DNA of 64,000 nucleotides from Antedon mediterranea (GCF_964355755.1 NC_092670.1:29872388-29936387), one strand, 5' to 3'; positions 51,187 to 63,595 are shown, numbered from the stretch's first letter. The notes: generated by a model not told the origin, from the sequence alone. A program made the numbers and translations.

Positions 51187-53243
51187 GCCTAGCGGGCCTA
51201 TAGGCCTAGCCCTAGGCTACTTCAATTTCGGTGATTTCCTGCCTTGCAATTTTGAGAAATGATAAAATGATGCCGCGCATTTTTTGATGATGGTAAAACG
51301 ATGCCTCGCATAAATTTCTGACTTGCCTCGCATGCCTTCCCTGCCTCGCATGCCTCGCTGCCTCGCACTTTGTTACTACCCCTTTCTATAGAACGCTGCG
51401 AATCAACTGTTATTAACATTTTTTTAGAACAAACCATAGCCATGTAGAAATCGTATGCGCAGTCGATTGTTCTATTGACATGTCTGCGTCGATGATTAAT
51501 TCTGTTTTAATTTCATCACAATCGGACTTTGAAAAGTTCATTTACGACCGGTAATTTTAAGTAGTTGGTAATATTAATAAAAATATGCAATTTTTATATT
51601 TGAATTATCGTATTGGCCTTCCATCCCCTGTAATTGCGTTAATCTATAGAATATTAAATTATGCATTTCAACATGTATATTTTTACCGTCTCACAAGTAC
51701 AACAAACGTGTTTTTAATATATTGATAAGCAGTGGTTTCTTCATAAATCTCCTTAATTATCGATGTGATTATATTTAAATTATAGTGCCTGGTGATTGGT
51801 TAGTGGTTATGTCATCCACATCACATCCAATCAATTGAATGAAAACTGCGATCCCTGATCCGGGATTTGCTGGCTATGTATAGTTGCGATACGTCACCAC
51901 TGACTCTACTACTCTCTAGCGCTCGTTTCGTTTTGAAAAGTAGACACAAGGCAAACAACAAACGAAGCATAAAAGTACCTTGTCTATTACTGTATTATTA
52001 TTCCCACAAGAAGTAGACAACGATGAGTATATAGATCATGATTACACGTTGTAGCTACTACACTTGATGATGAGCCTACCAATAGGCCTACCTAGGCCTA
52101 CATCAATGTCGGCAAATCATAGGGTTTACTAGTAAGCCTATAAGGCCTGGGCATAGTATCCTTGCTGATTTTGTAATTTTACATTACATATGTCATTTTT
52201 AAAGTTTTAGCTAGAACTACTAAGTCCGGTTTAAGAATACGGGCGTAAGTGTCTACAGCCCTGGAATCTTTGAGCAACCCTTTTAAAATAGTCCTGCGAC
52301 CGCTCCTGACAGAGACATAAAGCTGGCAAAGTGGTGGGTTCTGCTTTTAGAAGATAAGGCTTTATTTTTCATTCGTTTGAATTCACCCATGATGACGAAA
52401 CATGTGTTGGGATATTTGATGGTTATACGGTTTTGTTAATGCATGTATCCGAGCAAAATTTTATAACGTTATAGTCCAAGAATGGAAAGGTCCAGCAATT
52501 CCCGCATGAAACACTTAAACCTGAAAAGACATTGCTGTTTCACCGACTGAATATAGTAAAATATCTTTATAGTTTTAGCCAAGTTTCAGAAACAGATTCA
52601 ACAAAAGCAGGTAATAAATACAACTGAAAAGAACTTAAGAAAACCTAGGTAAATTATTTGAAAAAGTCATGTTAGTGACAAAACTTAACGAGACCAACAT
52701 CATTTAAATTATTACTTGTTTCATAATTATAAGCATTACACTAGCAAATTTATGGGAGAATTTAAATGCGATAAATGCAAAATGTAAGTTATATAATAAT
52801 TAAGCGCAGCAATCAGTTTCTATACCCGTAATCGGCAACATCTTGAATAATTTCTTGTTATTAATGTATCAATGTCATTTAGAATTTTGATGACCTGAAT
52901 CTTTATATTTTGTTGATAACGATGATGATGAAAAGGAATATTTGATTTGACTTAGATGCTCATCAGGTGTCCACTGCCGTAGGCTTCATAGCGTCTCTAA
53001 GTGATTTTTTCTTTATAACACGAATTAATAAGATAAATGATGTACTGCAAGTTTAGGTACTGAATATACACGTTGACGATCGTTCTAGTCACTTTGTTGT
53101 ACTGCTTCTGCTGCTGCTCCTATTGCCGCCGCCGCTGCTACTATGGTACCACATGTCACCACCACGACTACCACAATCTTATTTAACACCTTTTATAATT
53201 TTAGATATTTAGTCTAAAAACTAATGATGATTTTTTTTTTCAG

Positions 53244-53315
53244 AAACCTGTCATTTAATAATATAAATATCATTGAACCTTTCACTTTTGCAAACAACAG
53301 CAAATTAGCACTATT
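53244..53315 (+). CDS. LRR gene exon 5 (72 bp)
   Basis: polyT-cag|a..tt|gtaagt; LNLSFNNINIIEPFTFANNSKLAL. Confidence 0.9.
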
Positions 53316-53377
53316 GTAAGTTTTAATTTTTTTTACAATATTAAAATTAAGTAGGTTCGTTCGTAAAATCTAGTTAC

Positions 53378-53889
53378 TAGGGAGTTTTCGCAACCTTACG
53401 AATACGATAACGAAAACGGATACGTCACGCACATGTATTCGTTTTTCGTAAGCCAGTAAAAATCTGTTTCGCATGGCAACGAAATACTGAAGGCGCCGTC
53501 CAAAATATGACTGCGGTAAATTTGAGCGAAGCGCAGGTACGTGTTGCTTGGTGCTTGGCTGCCTAGGCCTAGCGTAACATCAAAGCGAGTGACGAGTTTA
53601 AAAACTGCTATTTATCAAAATTGACCTGGCATTTTAGTAAATTACTTTAGTAAATTACTTTCAATAAAAGTATAAATATATTATAATCATGAATCATTCC
53701 TGATTCAAATGCAAAATGTGCAAAATAGATCAAACACTATACTCGTTTTGTAGTTACGGATATGACTAGTGATATTCGTCAATACGAATACGCTTTACGA
53801 ATATGAAATGGGGATCAGCTCAAAAGTTTCACAAATGTGTGACGTATCCGTTTTCGTTATCGTATTCGTAAGGTTGCGAAACCTCCCTA
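53378..53889. mobile_element. MITE with ~50-bp TIRs
   Basis: TAGGGAGTTTTCGCAACCTTACGAATACGATAACGAAAACGGATACGTCAC inverted at 53889 (1 mismatch); termini either TAG..CTA or GGG..CCC flanked by TA. Confidence 0.8.
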
Positions 53890-54400
53890 TTTATTCGCCG
53901 TAGACGCAAACAAGTTCGCGGAACAAGGGTGGCAAATGGTAGAGTAGGTCAAGTGTCATCGATCCCTACTAAAATATTTTGAAAAACAAGGCCATATACA
54001 TGGCTGCAGTCGCGTGCTCAAGATAGTGTTTACCGACCGACATAGTGAGCTGTAGAAAAAGGCTTAAAAATAAGTAGGTCAAGTGTTATAACCATTCATA
54101 AACCTAATTACTTATTCGCCCAAGGGCGTAAATGCATAAAATGTTATTGAACTTTGACCGGAAGAAATAGAGGAGGTCAAGGCAAACATGTTGATAACTC
54201 AATTTAATATTTGTGACAGTCTCTTGGTACTAGTAGTAACTTAATCTTCTCTCCTTCAAACCTCTCCTAACGCAGGCTAAGCACATCCATAACTTAATTA
54301 ACTTAAGCCTTTTATATCATACAGGCAGGTACTTTACTAAATTAGTATAATTGAATGTAATTACATAATCAATTTTTATTATTTACATTTTGATCTTCAG

Positions 54401-54478
54401 GCGAATTATTTATAACAAGAATCTTCAAATGCTTGGTGAAAATGCGTTTGCATTTGCAAATGGTGGATCTGTTGACAT
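54401..54478 (+). CDS. LRR gene exon 6 (78 bp)
   Basis: cag|g..at|gtaaga; LRIIYNKNLQMLGENAFAFANGGSVD. Confidence 0.8.
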
Positions 54479-54770
54479 GTAAGAGGAAGTGTGCAGTTAA
54501 ACAATATCCTTAAGAGTATTATGAGAAATTATATTCTGTAAACCCACAAGTGTAAACAAGTCAAAAGCCAATAGTGTTACACATTAACAAACCTAATTAA
54601 CGTGTGATATAATTAAACATTTATTATTATCTTTACCAATGAAATTCGCTCGCGTACCATTGCAGTGTGATGTTTAACAAATCGGCGTTGTTTGGCGGAA
54701 CTACACACAATACTTTATTATTAATAACAAATTGCATATTGGTGATGTGAAGTTTTTTCTGTCATTTTAG

Positions 54771-54836
54771 GCATATTTCACCATCTGTCGTAGAACTATC
54801 TACTGGAACTTTCAAACTGTCAACCGGAAGTAGCAT
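54771..54836 (+). CDS. LRR gene exon 7 (66 bp, atypical repeat)
   Basis: tag|g..at|gtgagt; MHISPSVVELSTGTFKLSTGSS. Confidence 0.7.
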
Positions 54837-56458
54837 GTGAGTAATAAATATAACTGTTTTCTCTTTATACAGTCACTCTAGAGGGTGATCGATACTCTAG
54901 ATCTTCTTATTCCGTAAATAAGATGTCTGGCCTTGTATTACTTACATTAATCTTTATTGGCTATAATCTATTTATGTTTATCGGTACATGCTAAGTACTA
55001 TATGTTTATGCACTTATTAATTTTTGAAATATTCTGAGAAATTTCAAGCTCGGAAGAGACTTTTATCGAATCACTGTCAATAATCAATTGAAAAAATGTG
55101 TATTCAACATAGTCAAATTACATTGATTTAAAACTTTGTTTGCCAGTTACCATTACAGTGTTAATTCCGGTGCCGAATTCCAGCAATTAGACTGTGACGG
55201 AGCTCGTAACGAAGCATCGTTGCATTGTTGTGTGTGGATATATTTCAGCATCGACTATTTGTGCCAAATGAACGAAATGAATTTATTTTATTCATCAGTA
55301 ACTACTGTTGTAACTAAATTGTAGTATTTTTTCATTATGTGAAAAAACTGTACCGAAAGTATTTACCACCAGCATACTATTGAGTAAAATTATAGAATTT
55401 ACGCGTGATTTAGGCCTACTAAAATATGTAAATGTATGTGACATTCACTTAAGGTACAGATCTATATTATATAAATTACGATTTTTTCCGGCCACAAAAT
55501 ATAAAAAATGGTAAAATACACACCGCAGCATGTATGAAATAAATGCTTTTATACTATATACTATAAGCAAATGTTTTAATTGATTTTTTTCAGAATGTGT
55601 ATTAATTGAAAATCAATTCATTTAAAAATGCTATAAAACAACCTCTAAATGCATTTTGAATTAATATAATGCCAATATCTTTTTAATGTAACTCGATCAT
55701 ATCTATAATTTGTTCATGTGGTGCTCATTGATATTATTCAGTTGATTTTTTTTTGTGACTGGGCCATATTTAAGGCTTCTCTGTTATTTTCTCAATACCC
55801 TACCATAGATATCTTGCTAATAACAAACTACGAAGTATCCCATCAAAAGCATTTCAAGGCGGCGACATATTGGTGCTGTAAGTATTATGTACAACAGAAG
55901 CAAACATTTCCCATAGATGGACATACTACCTAATGTACGTTTAAACAACCTGTTTTTTGTTGAAAACGAACCCGTTTCTTGAAAGTAATAATAAAGCTTT
56001 ACCAAATAACCTTAAATTCTTCTTAAGATATGGAGAATGGCCATGTAACTGGATTACAATTACACAAATGTTATTACTTTATGGCATTCAATTACGTTTT
56101 TGTCAGGATGTCATTACCTTGCATATGTCTATCTAGTGGGGATCTGATGCCGGGTTATAAAAAAAATTGTGGCTCTTTAAATGGCAAAATTTGATCACGT
56201 TCTGCTGAAATTAAGAACCATGTTTTTTGTCAGTAGTGTACAAAACAAAACTGTCAGGTTACATGAATAAGGCTATATAATGTAATTATGCACACACGTG
56301 ATTTTTTGTCAACATTTTATTTCATATTTTTAATTTTCTACGTAATTGAATTATTAAACTAGATTAATATTATAAAGAATATATTTTAAGCGAAAGACAA
56401 CCTCTACATATTTGTTATCTAATCTCTAACCACAAGATGTTACTGAAACTCAATAAAA

Positions 56459-56770
56459 GTGAGTGAGTGGCCGAGCGGTTAAGACAGTGGAACCGTAATC
56501 ACGTAGCCATAACATCGGCAGGGGTTCGAGGCTCACTCACTCCATGGTTCTGGTGGTAGAACGAGTCTTCTCGGATAAGGACTATAAACCGTAGGTCCAG
56601 TGTACACAACTTGCTCGTGTGCACTTTAAAGAACCTAGTACATCTTTCGAGACGAGTAGGGGGTTACCCCGGTGTAGTAGTACATTACAGCCACTGATCA
56701 CCAACTGGGCCCTCTGGGAGATCAGTCTTTGACTGAAGAGGTCACCCAGTATAAAGATAAAACAAACAAA
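56459..56770 (+). mobile_element. tRNA-derived SINE with Deu/Nin-like central domain
   Basis: A box TGGCCGAGCGG, B box GGTTCGAGGC, stem GTGAGTGAG/CTCACTCAC; core tctcggataaggactataaaccgtaggtcc..taaagaacc..gagtagggg..ccccggtg; (CAAA)n tail. Confidence 0.8.
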
Positions 56771-56876
56771 CCGACCGACATATTGAGCTATAGAGTCGTT
56801 TATAAAAATAAAGCAATGCTTTAAGCTTAAAAGTAGCTACATCAAGAATATTGTACGTCTGTTTTGTTGTTTTCAG

Positions 56877-56948
56877 CAAACTTGTAGACAATAATATTAG
56901 CTTTATACACAACGACGCTTTCGTCGCATTGGACAGTATTTTTATGCT
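56877..56948 (+). CDS. LRR gene exon 8 (72 bp)
   Basis: cag|c..ct|gtgagt; IKLVDNNISFIHNDAFVALDSIFM. Confidence 0.88.
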
Positions 56949-57439
56949 GTGAGTAATTTTCAGTTATGTTTCAACATGTTTATTTATCAATATTATTACA
57001 ATTATATTCAAAGTTCAGTTTAGTTTGTTACCTTCCTGAAAATACAAAAACTACAAATTACAAAATATTAATTAAAAAAAATGGAGCATCATTCTCTTAC
57101 ATATAAATCAATGCCACACCGTTGTCTTGTACAAAAATGATAGTGAATATAGCTTAAATAAGTTACCGTGTCAGGGCCTAACTAGCTTTTATTTAAAAAA
57201 TAATGTGACATGAATTGCAGCTTTGCCTAGTCAGTCTAGATATTGTTTTCAGTATTTACACCTTACATTATTGTTATTTGCAGATTTCGAACTTTCGATT
57301 TTAAACATTTAAAACGTGTAACACGGATCTTCTTCACATTAACTAATAATGTTATTTTACTAGAGGAGAAACATTTTGTTTGCTGATTACAATTAACATA
57401 TTAATTTATAATTATGGTTTTATTTTTAATTGCATGAAG

Positions 57440-57502
57440 ACTCCTTGCTTATAATAGACTTACGGAAATTCCAATATTTCGTGGAAACATATATGGTACA
57501 CT
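57440..57502 (+). CDS. LRR gene exon 9 (63 bp)
   Basis: weak acceptor gaag|a..ct|gtgagt; LLLAYNRLTEIPIFRGNIYGT. Confidence 0.75.
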
Positions 57503-57561
57503 GTGAGTATTTTATTATTTAGTCTTGTATCTAGACCTACATCATTCAATAATAAACATTA

Positions 57562-59080
57562 TCTATATATAAATTTACGTAAGGGCAAAATTCGGTAAAT
57601 CGCGCCTTACTTTTAGAATTTTTACTCGATGGTATATAAAGTTGGTTCGTACTTTCGGTACTGATTTTAACCACCTGATGTAACCCTGTTTACTAATTAA
57701 ATTAAGTTAGATAATTAGTTATTGACGATTAAAACGAATTTAGGTTCAACGATTTACCCAAAATAGGGGTGTTTTCCGATCGTGGTATACACTGTCTAAT
57801 GGATGTCCATCTTGAAAAATACCCGCCACAAAAATGCGAGGAGGCTTCGCATTTTCCTATCTCCTCCTACGATAATTGTTTTTAATAGCTGAAAACCGGT
57901 TGAACAGCTCGAGTACAGTATCATAATGTTGAAGACAGGCCGATTTTCTTTAAAAAATATTATTTTGATAGATTTAATATACGTTTATGCAAATGTATTG
58001 TTTTGAAATGAATGGAACATTCCAATCTCTGTTCCACAAGTGTCTATTCCCTCAGGCGTCGTAAAGGCAAGTACTGTATACTCATAACAGAAATTCGATC
58101 CATTTTTTTTTTCAATCTGTGCTGCAGAGATTGGATATAGATTTTTTTTAACGGATAATGAGCTAGCGTTTTCATTCGCCGTATATTATGTACAAATCTT
58201 TATTATTGCAGTTAAACCACGCACGTGACATCATCACCCTTCCCTCACTGGCATGAGTAGCGTTGTAAAGCCAGTAGAGGATAGGCCTACGGTGCATCAC
58301 ATGCCCTAAACGCAGAACAACTTTGGTGGGTAGGGTTAGGAACCCGTTAGGAACCAACTTAAGTATAATAATAATAATAATAATAAGATTTTTATAGCGC
58401 ACATACCACTCCAGAGTGCTCAAGGCGTATGAATTGGCTCTAAGAAACAATTGAAAACCATTAGGCCTACTAATTAAGTTGAGTTAGATAATTTAATATT
58501 TATTGACGATTAAATCGAATTTATGATTTGCCACGAATAGGGGTGGTTTTCACAAATTGTTTTACATTATATAAACATATTATACACGTCGTAGTGATGT
58601 ATCGTTACATGTACTATACTATTTCAATCGACTAGGACGGTGATAGTTTTAACAAAGTGTTACATCGCAATGTTCTACTGTGTTTAGTGGTATATTATAT
58701 GAAAACAATTAATATTTCGTTACTACATGGATAAAGAATATATTTAAAAATTTTTCCTCTTTGCACCCATCCTCTTTCCCATCCCTCAACCCTAATGTTA
58801 CATACAAAACACAAATTAAGTTTGTTTAAATTTGACTTAAACAATTGGTCTCATTTTGTGACAAGTTTCTCTTTCGGAAGTAATTCCCAGGGTGCTAATT
58901 TTAGTTCAGTACATAAATCACAGTATCTATTTATTCGTTCCTGTAAACGACATGTATTATTGTCCTGCGGTACGTGCATTTGAAATCGCCAATTTTTTAA
59001 CGCTGAAATTATTATGTATTCGAGAACCATCTGTGGGCACGACCTAGATGGTACGCGAGCGAAGCGAGCGTACCATCTAG
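57562..59080 (+). mobile_element. non-autonomous Helitron, family B
   Basis: A|TC 5' end; perfect 13-bp hairpin CTAGATGGTACGC-gagcgaagcga-GCGTACCATCTAG|T at 3' end; no TSD. Confidence 0.85.
58364..58427 (-). mobile_element. L2-type LINE/SINE 3' terminus inside the Helitron
   Basis: minus strand cgccttgagcac...gcgctataaaaatct(tat)n resembles the L2 3' end at 30245-30320. Confidence 0.5.
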
Positions 59081-59553
59081 TCGAAATAATTAATGATACT
59101 GAGAAATAAAAAAAAAATGATATTCTTTGTTATTTATAATATCAATCCTGTCTAATTTGTTATCAATCTATCAATAAAAGTTCTTTATTGGGTATTTGTA
59201 TTTTACATGACCACTGCATGCTAACCCAATGGATAGAGTATCAAATAGACGATCGGTTATACACAAGCCTAGATAATAACTAAATCGGTGTCTTTTATCC
59301 TAAAACCATATTGACGAGAATCATTATTTAACTTATTTAGTAAATTAAACATTGTTTATAAGCCCTCGTTTAATTCTCATAAAACTATTATTTAAGTTAT
59401 GTCGATAAATAATTTATTAACAATTAATGCAATGTCTCTCTTTCTTGAAGTGTAGTAGGCCTATGCATTTACATGTTATTCAAAAGTAATTGTATATCAA
59501 AATATTGCTCACTGAAATATTATATAATTATATATAACTATATTTTATTTCAG

Positions 59554-59688
59554 GGATGTAAGCTGGAACAGTCTGACCTCATTAGAAGACCGTAAAATAC
59601 CTGCAGTTAAAAATGTTTTTCTCAGCAAAAATAATATTCAAACTATCTCAACAAATATCTTTGCAAATATGTCATCTCTTAACATGTT
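59554..59688 (+). CDS. LRR gene exon 10 (135 bp, two LRRs)
   Basis: cag|g..tt|gtgagt; LDVSWNSLTSLEDRKIPAVKNVFLSKNNIQTISTNIFANMSSLNM. Confidence 0.9.
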
Positions 59689-60639
59689 GTGAGTATATAT
59701 TAAAAGTAACTACGAAAATATACCTGAGCAACAGCCAAAGTTCTTAGATACGTGAATAAACTTTTCTATAACGGGATGTTTCACGTTCAGATATACATTA
59801 CGGGTGCTCTCGCGTCAACTATATTATAATAGTTGAGAACATTCGTTCTACTACAATAACTATGGAACGGCGGTGACTGCCAAATTGTTCAATATTATAC
59901 CAATGAGGCTTTTATGGTATTGTTCAAACTCGATTGGATAGCGACTCTTTAACACTCTCGCCGTATATTCAGAAGCAAAACAAACTAAACAAAACTACAC
60001 ACAGCATTCTCATTTCACCTCAGCCTTACCGTGGTTTTGCATTTTCAAATTAATTTCTATTATACAATACTTGCTTCAAAACAGTTAGCAAAACGCTAAA
60101 GCTAAAATTATACATTAAACAAACATCATTATTGAGCACCTTTAAGTCACTACTCAAAACTCATATTTTCTGATATTTTTGGCAGCGCCATGAACAACGA
60201 CTGTTGGAATGTCGCTATATAGATCGAACGGTTGATTGATTGATTGACTTGGTGATATGCATAAAAGTAATGAGATTTTTAGCACAAAAGGGCAATGCTA
60301 GGAAAAGCAGTTCTTATTCCCAGTCATCATGATGGGACAGAGTCTCTATGGCTTCTCACCTGATATTATATAATTTTGTTTGTTAGATTTTAAGATTTAT
60401 ATATATATTTATATGTTATAGTTTATTCCATTCTGTAAGGGGCGGGTTTCCCGCTGTTGAATGAGTTTGAATAAAATAAAAAAAAAAAAATAGTTTTCGT
60501 GAAGAAAACTACCATCACATAATAAATAACAAGTCATACTCCTGAAATATCTCCATTCGACAATAATATATCTAGAGGCCAATATCAATACTATAATGAC
60601 CAAAAAACCACAGTGACCATTACTCCTGTACACCAAGTC

Positions 60640-61070
60640 TGATTGAGACTCGTTTCCCAGCTAAATGAAACAAGTGACTGATCATTTGGTATCAAAGTAT
60701 GACGATCAGGAAAGCAATCATAGCTATGTAGAGGCTGTGAATAAGTGTATCCCACAGAAACTAGCAAGAGGCAACTATCGATATGTGTATCAAAGTAAAC
60801 ACAACTAGAAGATCAAGAGAGGAAGAATACACTGTATACAAAGTGGAAACTGCGAAAACTAACAAGAGGCATGTAACGCTCACTCAGACGTTAATATTGG
60901 ATCTATGTAGAACAGACGGTTTCTGAGAAAAGATCACTTGATTGTAAAAATATGCACAACAAGAAGTTATGGAAACTAATCAAAAGTCTGAGAATGTTGC
61001 TGGTTCCAGATTGAAAGATAATGGTAGACTAGTGTCGTGACAGATCATGAAAAGCAAGCCAACATACTTA
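60640..61070 (+). pseudogene. degenerate CR1-like LINE fragment (EN-RT linker)
   Basis: broken frames EAVNKCIPQKLAR, RKNTLYTKWK, NKKLWKLIKSLR, LKDNGRLV, EKQANIL. Confidence 0.5.
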
Positions 61071-61209
61071 TTATAACCATACATTTATACATAATAAAAG
61101 CTTATCTCTGAAATTTATTTACAATTAGGCACGAGTTCTAGTCAACAGAATATTCTAATTCTGCATGTAATATGTTAGAGTTAAGTTTTGAGTACAGATA
61201 TTTCGTATA

Positions 61210-61420
61210 CTAATTGGTCGTTTCGGTAAAACGGTAAAGGCAGGTGCTCCGGAACAATAACTATACAATCGGTTCAAGGCACTCCTCGATCATCATTGTT
61301 CTGGTTGTAGAAAAGTCTTCTCGGATAAGGACTTAAACTAGAGGTTCAGTGTACACATCTGACTCGTGTACGCTGTAAAGAATCCAGTTCATCCTCCGGA
61401 AAAAGAGGAACTGGTGGTCC
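61210..61420 (+). mobile_element. degenerate second copy of the Deu/Nin-like SINE
   Basis: gttctggttgtagaaaagtcttctcggataaggacttaaactagaggttcagtgtacac matches 56547-56610. Confidence 0.65.
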
Positions 61421-61638
61421 ATCTCCGTTGCAAACCTAAAAAATGAGCCGTTTGGTTGAAGGCTTTGACACGATTAGATTAGAAGAAAGTTGTTGTATGT
61501 GTCATCCACCGCAGGTTATTTCCCTACATTTACATTTATTAAAACAAATTTAAATTTACAGAAGTATTAATGTTAAAACTATTATATGTTTACAGTTTTG
61601 TAGCTTTGAAATCTAACTAAAACATAATTAATTTTCAG

Positions 61639-61707
61639 ATTTCTTGTACACAACAACATTGCATTTATAGAAGATGGAGCGTTCAATGGAACTAATCTTT
61701 ACTCTCT
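61639..61707 (+). CDS. LRR gene exon 11 (69 bp)
   Basis: cag|a..ct|gtaagc; LFLVHNNIAFIEDGAFNGTNLYS. Confidence 0.9.
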
Positions 61708-61966
61708 GTAAGCAAATTTTATGTATTACTTAAACATATATTACGTTTGTTCTCCGTTGTCCAACTGTAACTCAAATAGGCACTATAATGTTTGTGTGGA
61801 ATACTGTACGTGTATGCATGGATTTTCGTTTATTTTCCACTTCTCAAATGAATTCAAACAGTTTTAACATACCACTATCTTGTTGTCAATTAATCATCGA
61901 CGCAGATATGCCAATAGAACAATCAGACTGAGCATATGCTATCTACATGGATATGTTTTGTTGTCA

Positions 61967-62677
61967 AACAAGGCCAACAGCCATTAAGTCGCGTGCTACA
62001 ATGCATAGTGATACCGGACCGACAGACAAACAGACCGACAGACAGACAGACCGACAGACAGACGGACCGACCGACATAGTGAACTATACTGACCGAAATT
62101 ACTGAACATGTTTAAAAATGTTGAAATGTTTAAAAACATTTATATTTTTTTTAATTTACACGTGCGTAGCCTGTCACTTTTGACGTGCTCGTATAACGTA
62201 ATTTCGAGTTGGAAAGTAAGTCAAGAAAACAGAAATCGGGCAAGAAGAGTGCGCAATAACATTTAACGCGCAGTGCGCGCGCAAAAATCTGCGCACTCAT
62301 GGCAATTTTGTAAACGCTTAAAATTGCCTGAAACGTACTCTTATTTCATCGAAAATAAATTTTGAAAATTTTAAGCGCGCTTACGCATGCGTTACATGCG
62401 CTACGCACGTAATTGTATTGCCATATGATGATTTATGCCCTGAAATTTATGAGTACCAAATTTTATTTAATTGTGATTCATGGTTGTTAAGATATGATTA
62501 CAAACGTGATTTCGTTAAATCGTGCGTAGACCGCGTAATTTTTTATTGCGCACCGTGAAAACATAACCACATCGATTCCTGGCCATAAGGAATATTCTGT
62601 GAAAAATTGACTTAGCTAGATTAAACTGATATCAAGATAAGGTCATAAAGCGATAAAACGCATAGTGATACCGGACC

Positions 62678-62708
<31 letters not shown>

Positions 62709-62808
62709 CGACAGACAGACAGACCGACAGACAGACCGACAGACAGACAAACAGACAGACCGACCGAACGACATAGTGAACTATAGAGTCGCTTCCACGC
62801 GACTAAAA
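61967..62808 (-). mobile_element. long HINE/DINE-like element with two (GACA/GACC)n microsatellite blocks
   Basis: same termini as 31298-31425; catagtgataccggacc(gaca)n..catagtgaactata occurs twice around a ~560-bp core; interrupts a repeat homologous to 51390-51500. Confidence 0.7.
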
Positions 62809-62859
62809 CTATAACAGTTAATTCGCAACGTTCTATAGAGGGCAGCGTTTGAGACAAGA

Positions 62860-63595
62860 ATTGTTGAGTTTCTCGACGTTTCGATCAATATGATTTGATC
62901 GTCCTCAGGAGTAAGAATGCAGAAAGTTCAGGAAATTTGGAATATAAGTGGAAAAGGGTGGGACTGGTGTGAAAGCCAGAAACAATAGCAAGTTCACAGA
63001 GTGGGATGTATTGAAACTAGCTATAGAAGAGCATTGTTTCTCATGAACAATAGTGAATGGAAACTAGCTATAGCAGAGCATTGTTTCTGATAGGTTCTAA
63101 AAGCAAAGTGATACATGCTAAAAAGAATAGCATTGTCTCCAAGCTGGGTGTGGACTGGCCAAATATAGACCATGTGTCTAGACAGGATTGTGAAATGTAC
63201 ACTGGCCAGAAACTATGGCATTGTTTACTGTCGATGAAGATTCTTTTTGAATAAAGATAGCCAAATGTCACTGATCACATATCTTGATAAACAGTGTTGT
63301 GTTGTGTTTAGATGTCAATAGGTTCCCTGGTTCGTCTGGAATGCCAACAAGGAACGGAAGCAATTAGTTCAGCATCTTTCCAATTAACTCGGTGTTGTTG
63401 TTTGTGAGAATTTATAATTATTGATGATTTGTCTTGCTCTTCTGTCATGGCCTTGATATTCTTTGAGCCTGGTTTGAAGGTCACGTCCAGTTTCCACAAT
63501 GCATACCTTTCCACATTCACATGGTATACAGTACACACTGGCTGTGTTTAGATGGGTTGTCCTTGTGTGTTTGAAGACACTGTGACAATTGTTTT
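62860..63595 (-). mobile_element. Penelope-like retroelement 3' fragment (GIY-YIG endonuclease + 3' region)
   Basis: VYCIPCECGKVCIVETGRDLQTRLKEY then, after a frameshift, DKSSII..H..VNWKDAELIA...RRTREPIDI; hammerhead motif at 3' end. Confidence 0.8.
62869..62914 (-). ncRNA. minimal type I hammerhead ribozyme
   Basis: minus strand ttactc-CTGAGGA-c-GATCAA-atcata-TTGATC-GAAAC-GTC-gagaaa: core boxes, stem II, short stem I, palindromic ACGT stem III. Confidence 0.75.

Larger units (their letters stand above)
46868..51381. mobile_element. MULE-like non-autonomous element
   Basis: TIR with repeated GCGAGGCA motifs; 9-bp TSD ctttctata at 46859-46867 and 51382-51390; empty-site homolog on minus strand at ~62810-62855. 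Confidence 0.8.
46311..52245. mobile_element. PIF/Harbinger-like non-autonomous element
   Basis: TIR GCCCGTATTCTTAAACC / GGTTTAAGAATACGGGC; flanks tca/taa; empty site actca|gtgtctacagccc at ~45286-45303. Confidence 0.75.
44032..52308. mobile_element. hAT-like MITE complex (internally duplicated) forming outer layer of nested stack
   Basis: CAGGGGCGG ... CCGCTCCTG; flanks tcagagag/acagagac (6/8); second right end CCGCCCCTG at 45350. Confidence 0.55.

Noticed and set aside
55147-55210. possible extra exon between exons 7 and 8
   Set aside because: No LRR pattern and no phase-2 donor.
56459-56540. tRNA gene
   Set aside because: No canonical anticodon arm, and it continues into a SINE core and tail.
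59397-59452. LRR-like peptide MSINNLLTINAMSLFLE upstream of exon 10, as a possible alternative exon
   Set aside because: The only nearby AG gives the wrong phase (in phase 2 it reads YVDK-stop) and the donor is poor; chance or a dead pseudo-exon.
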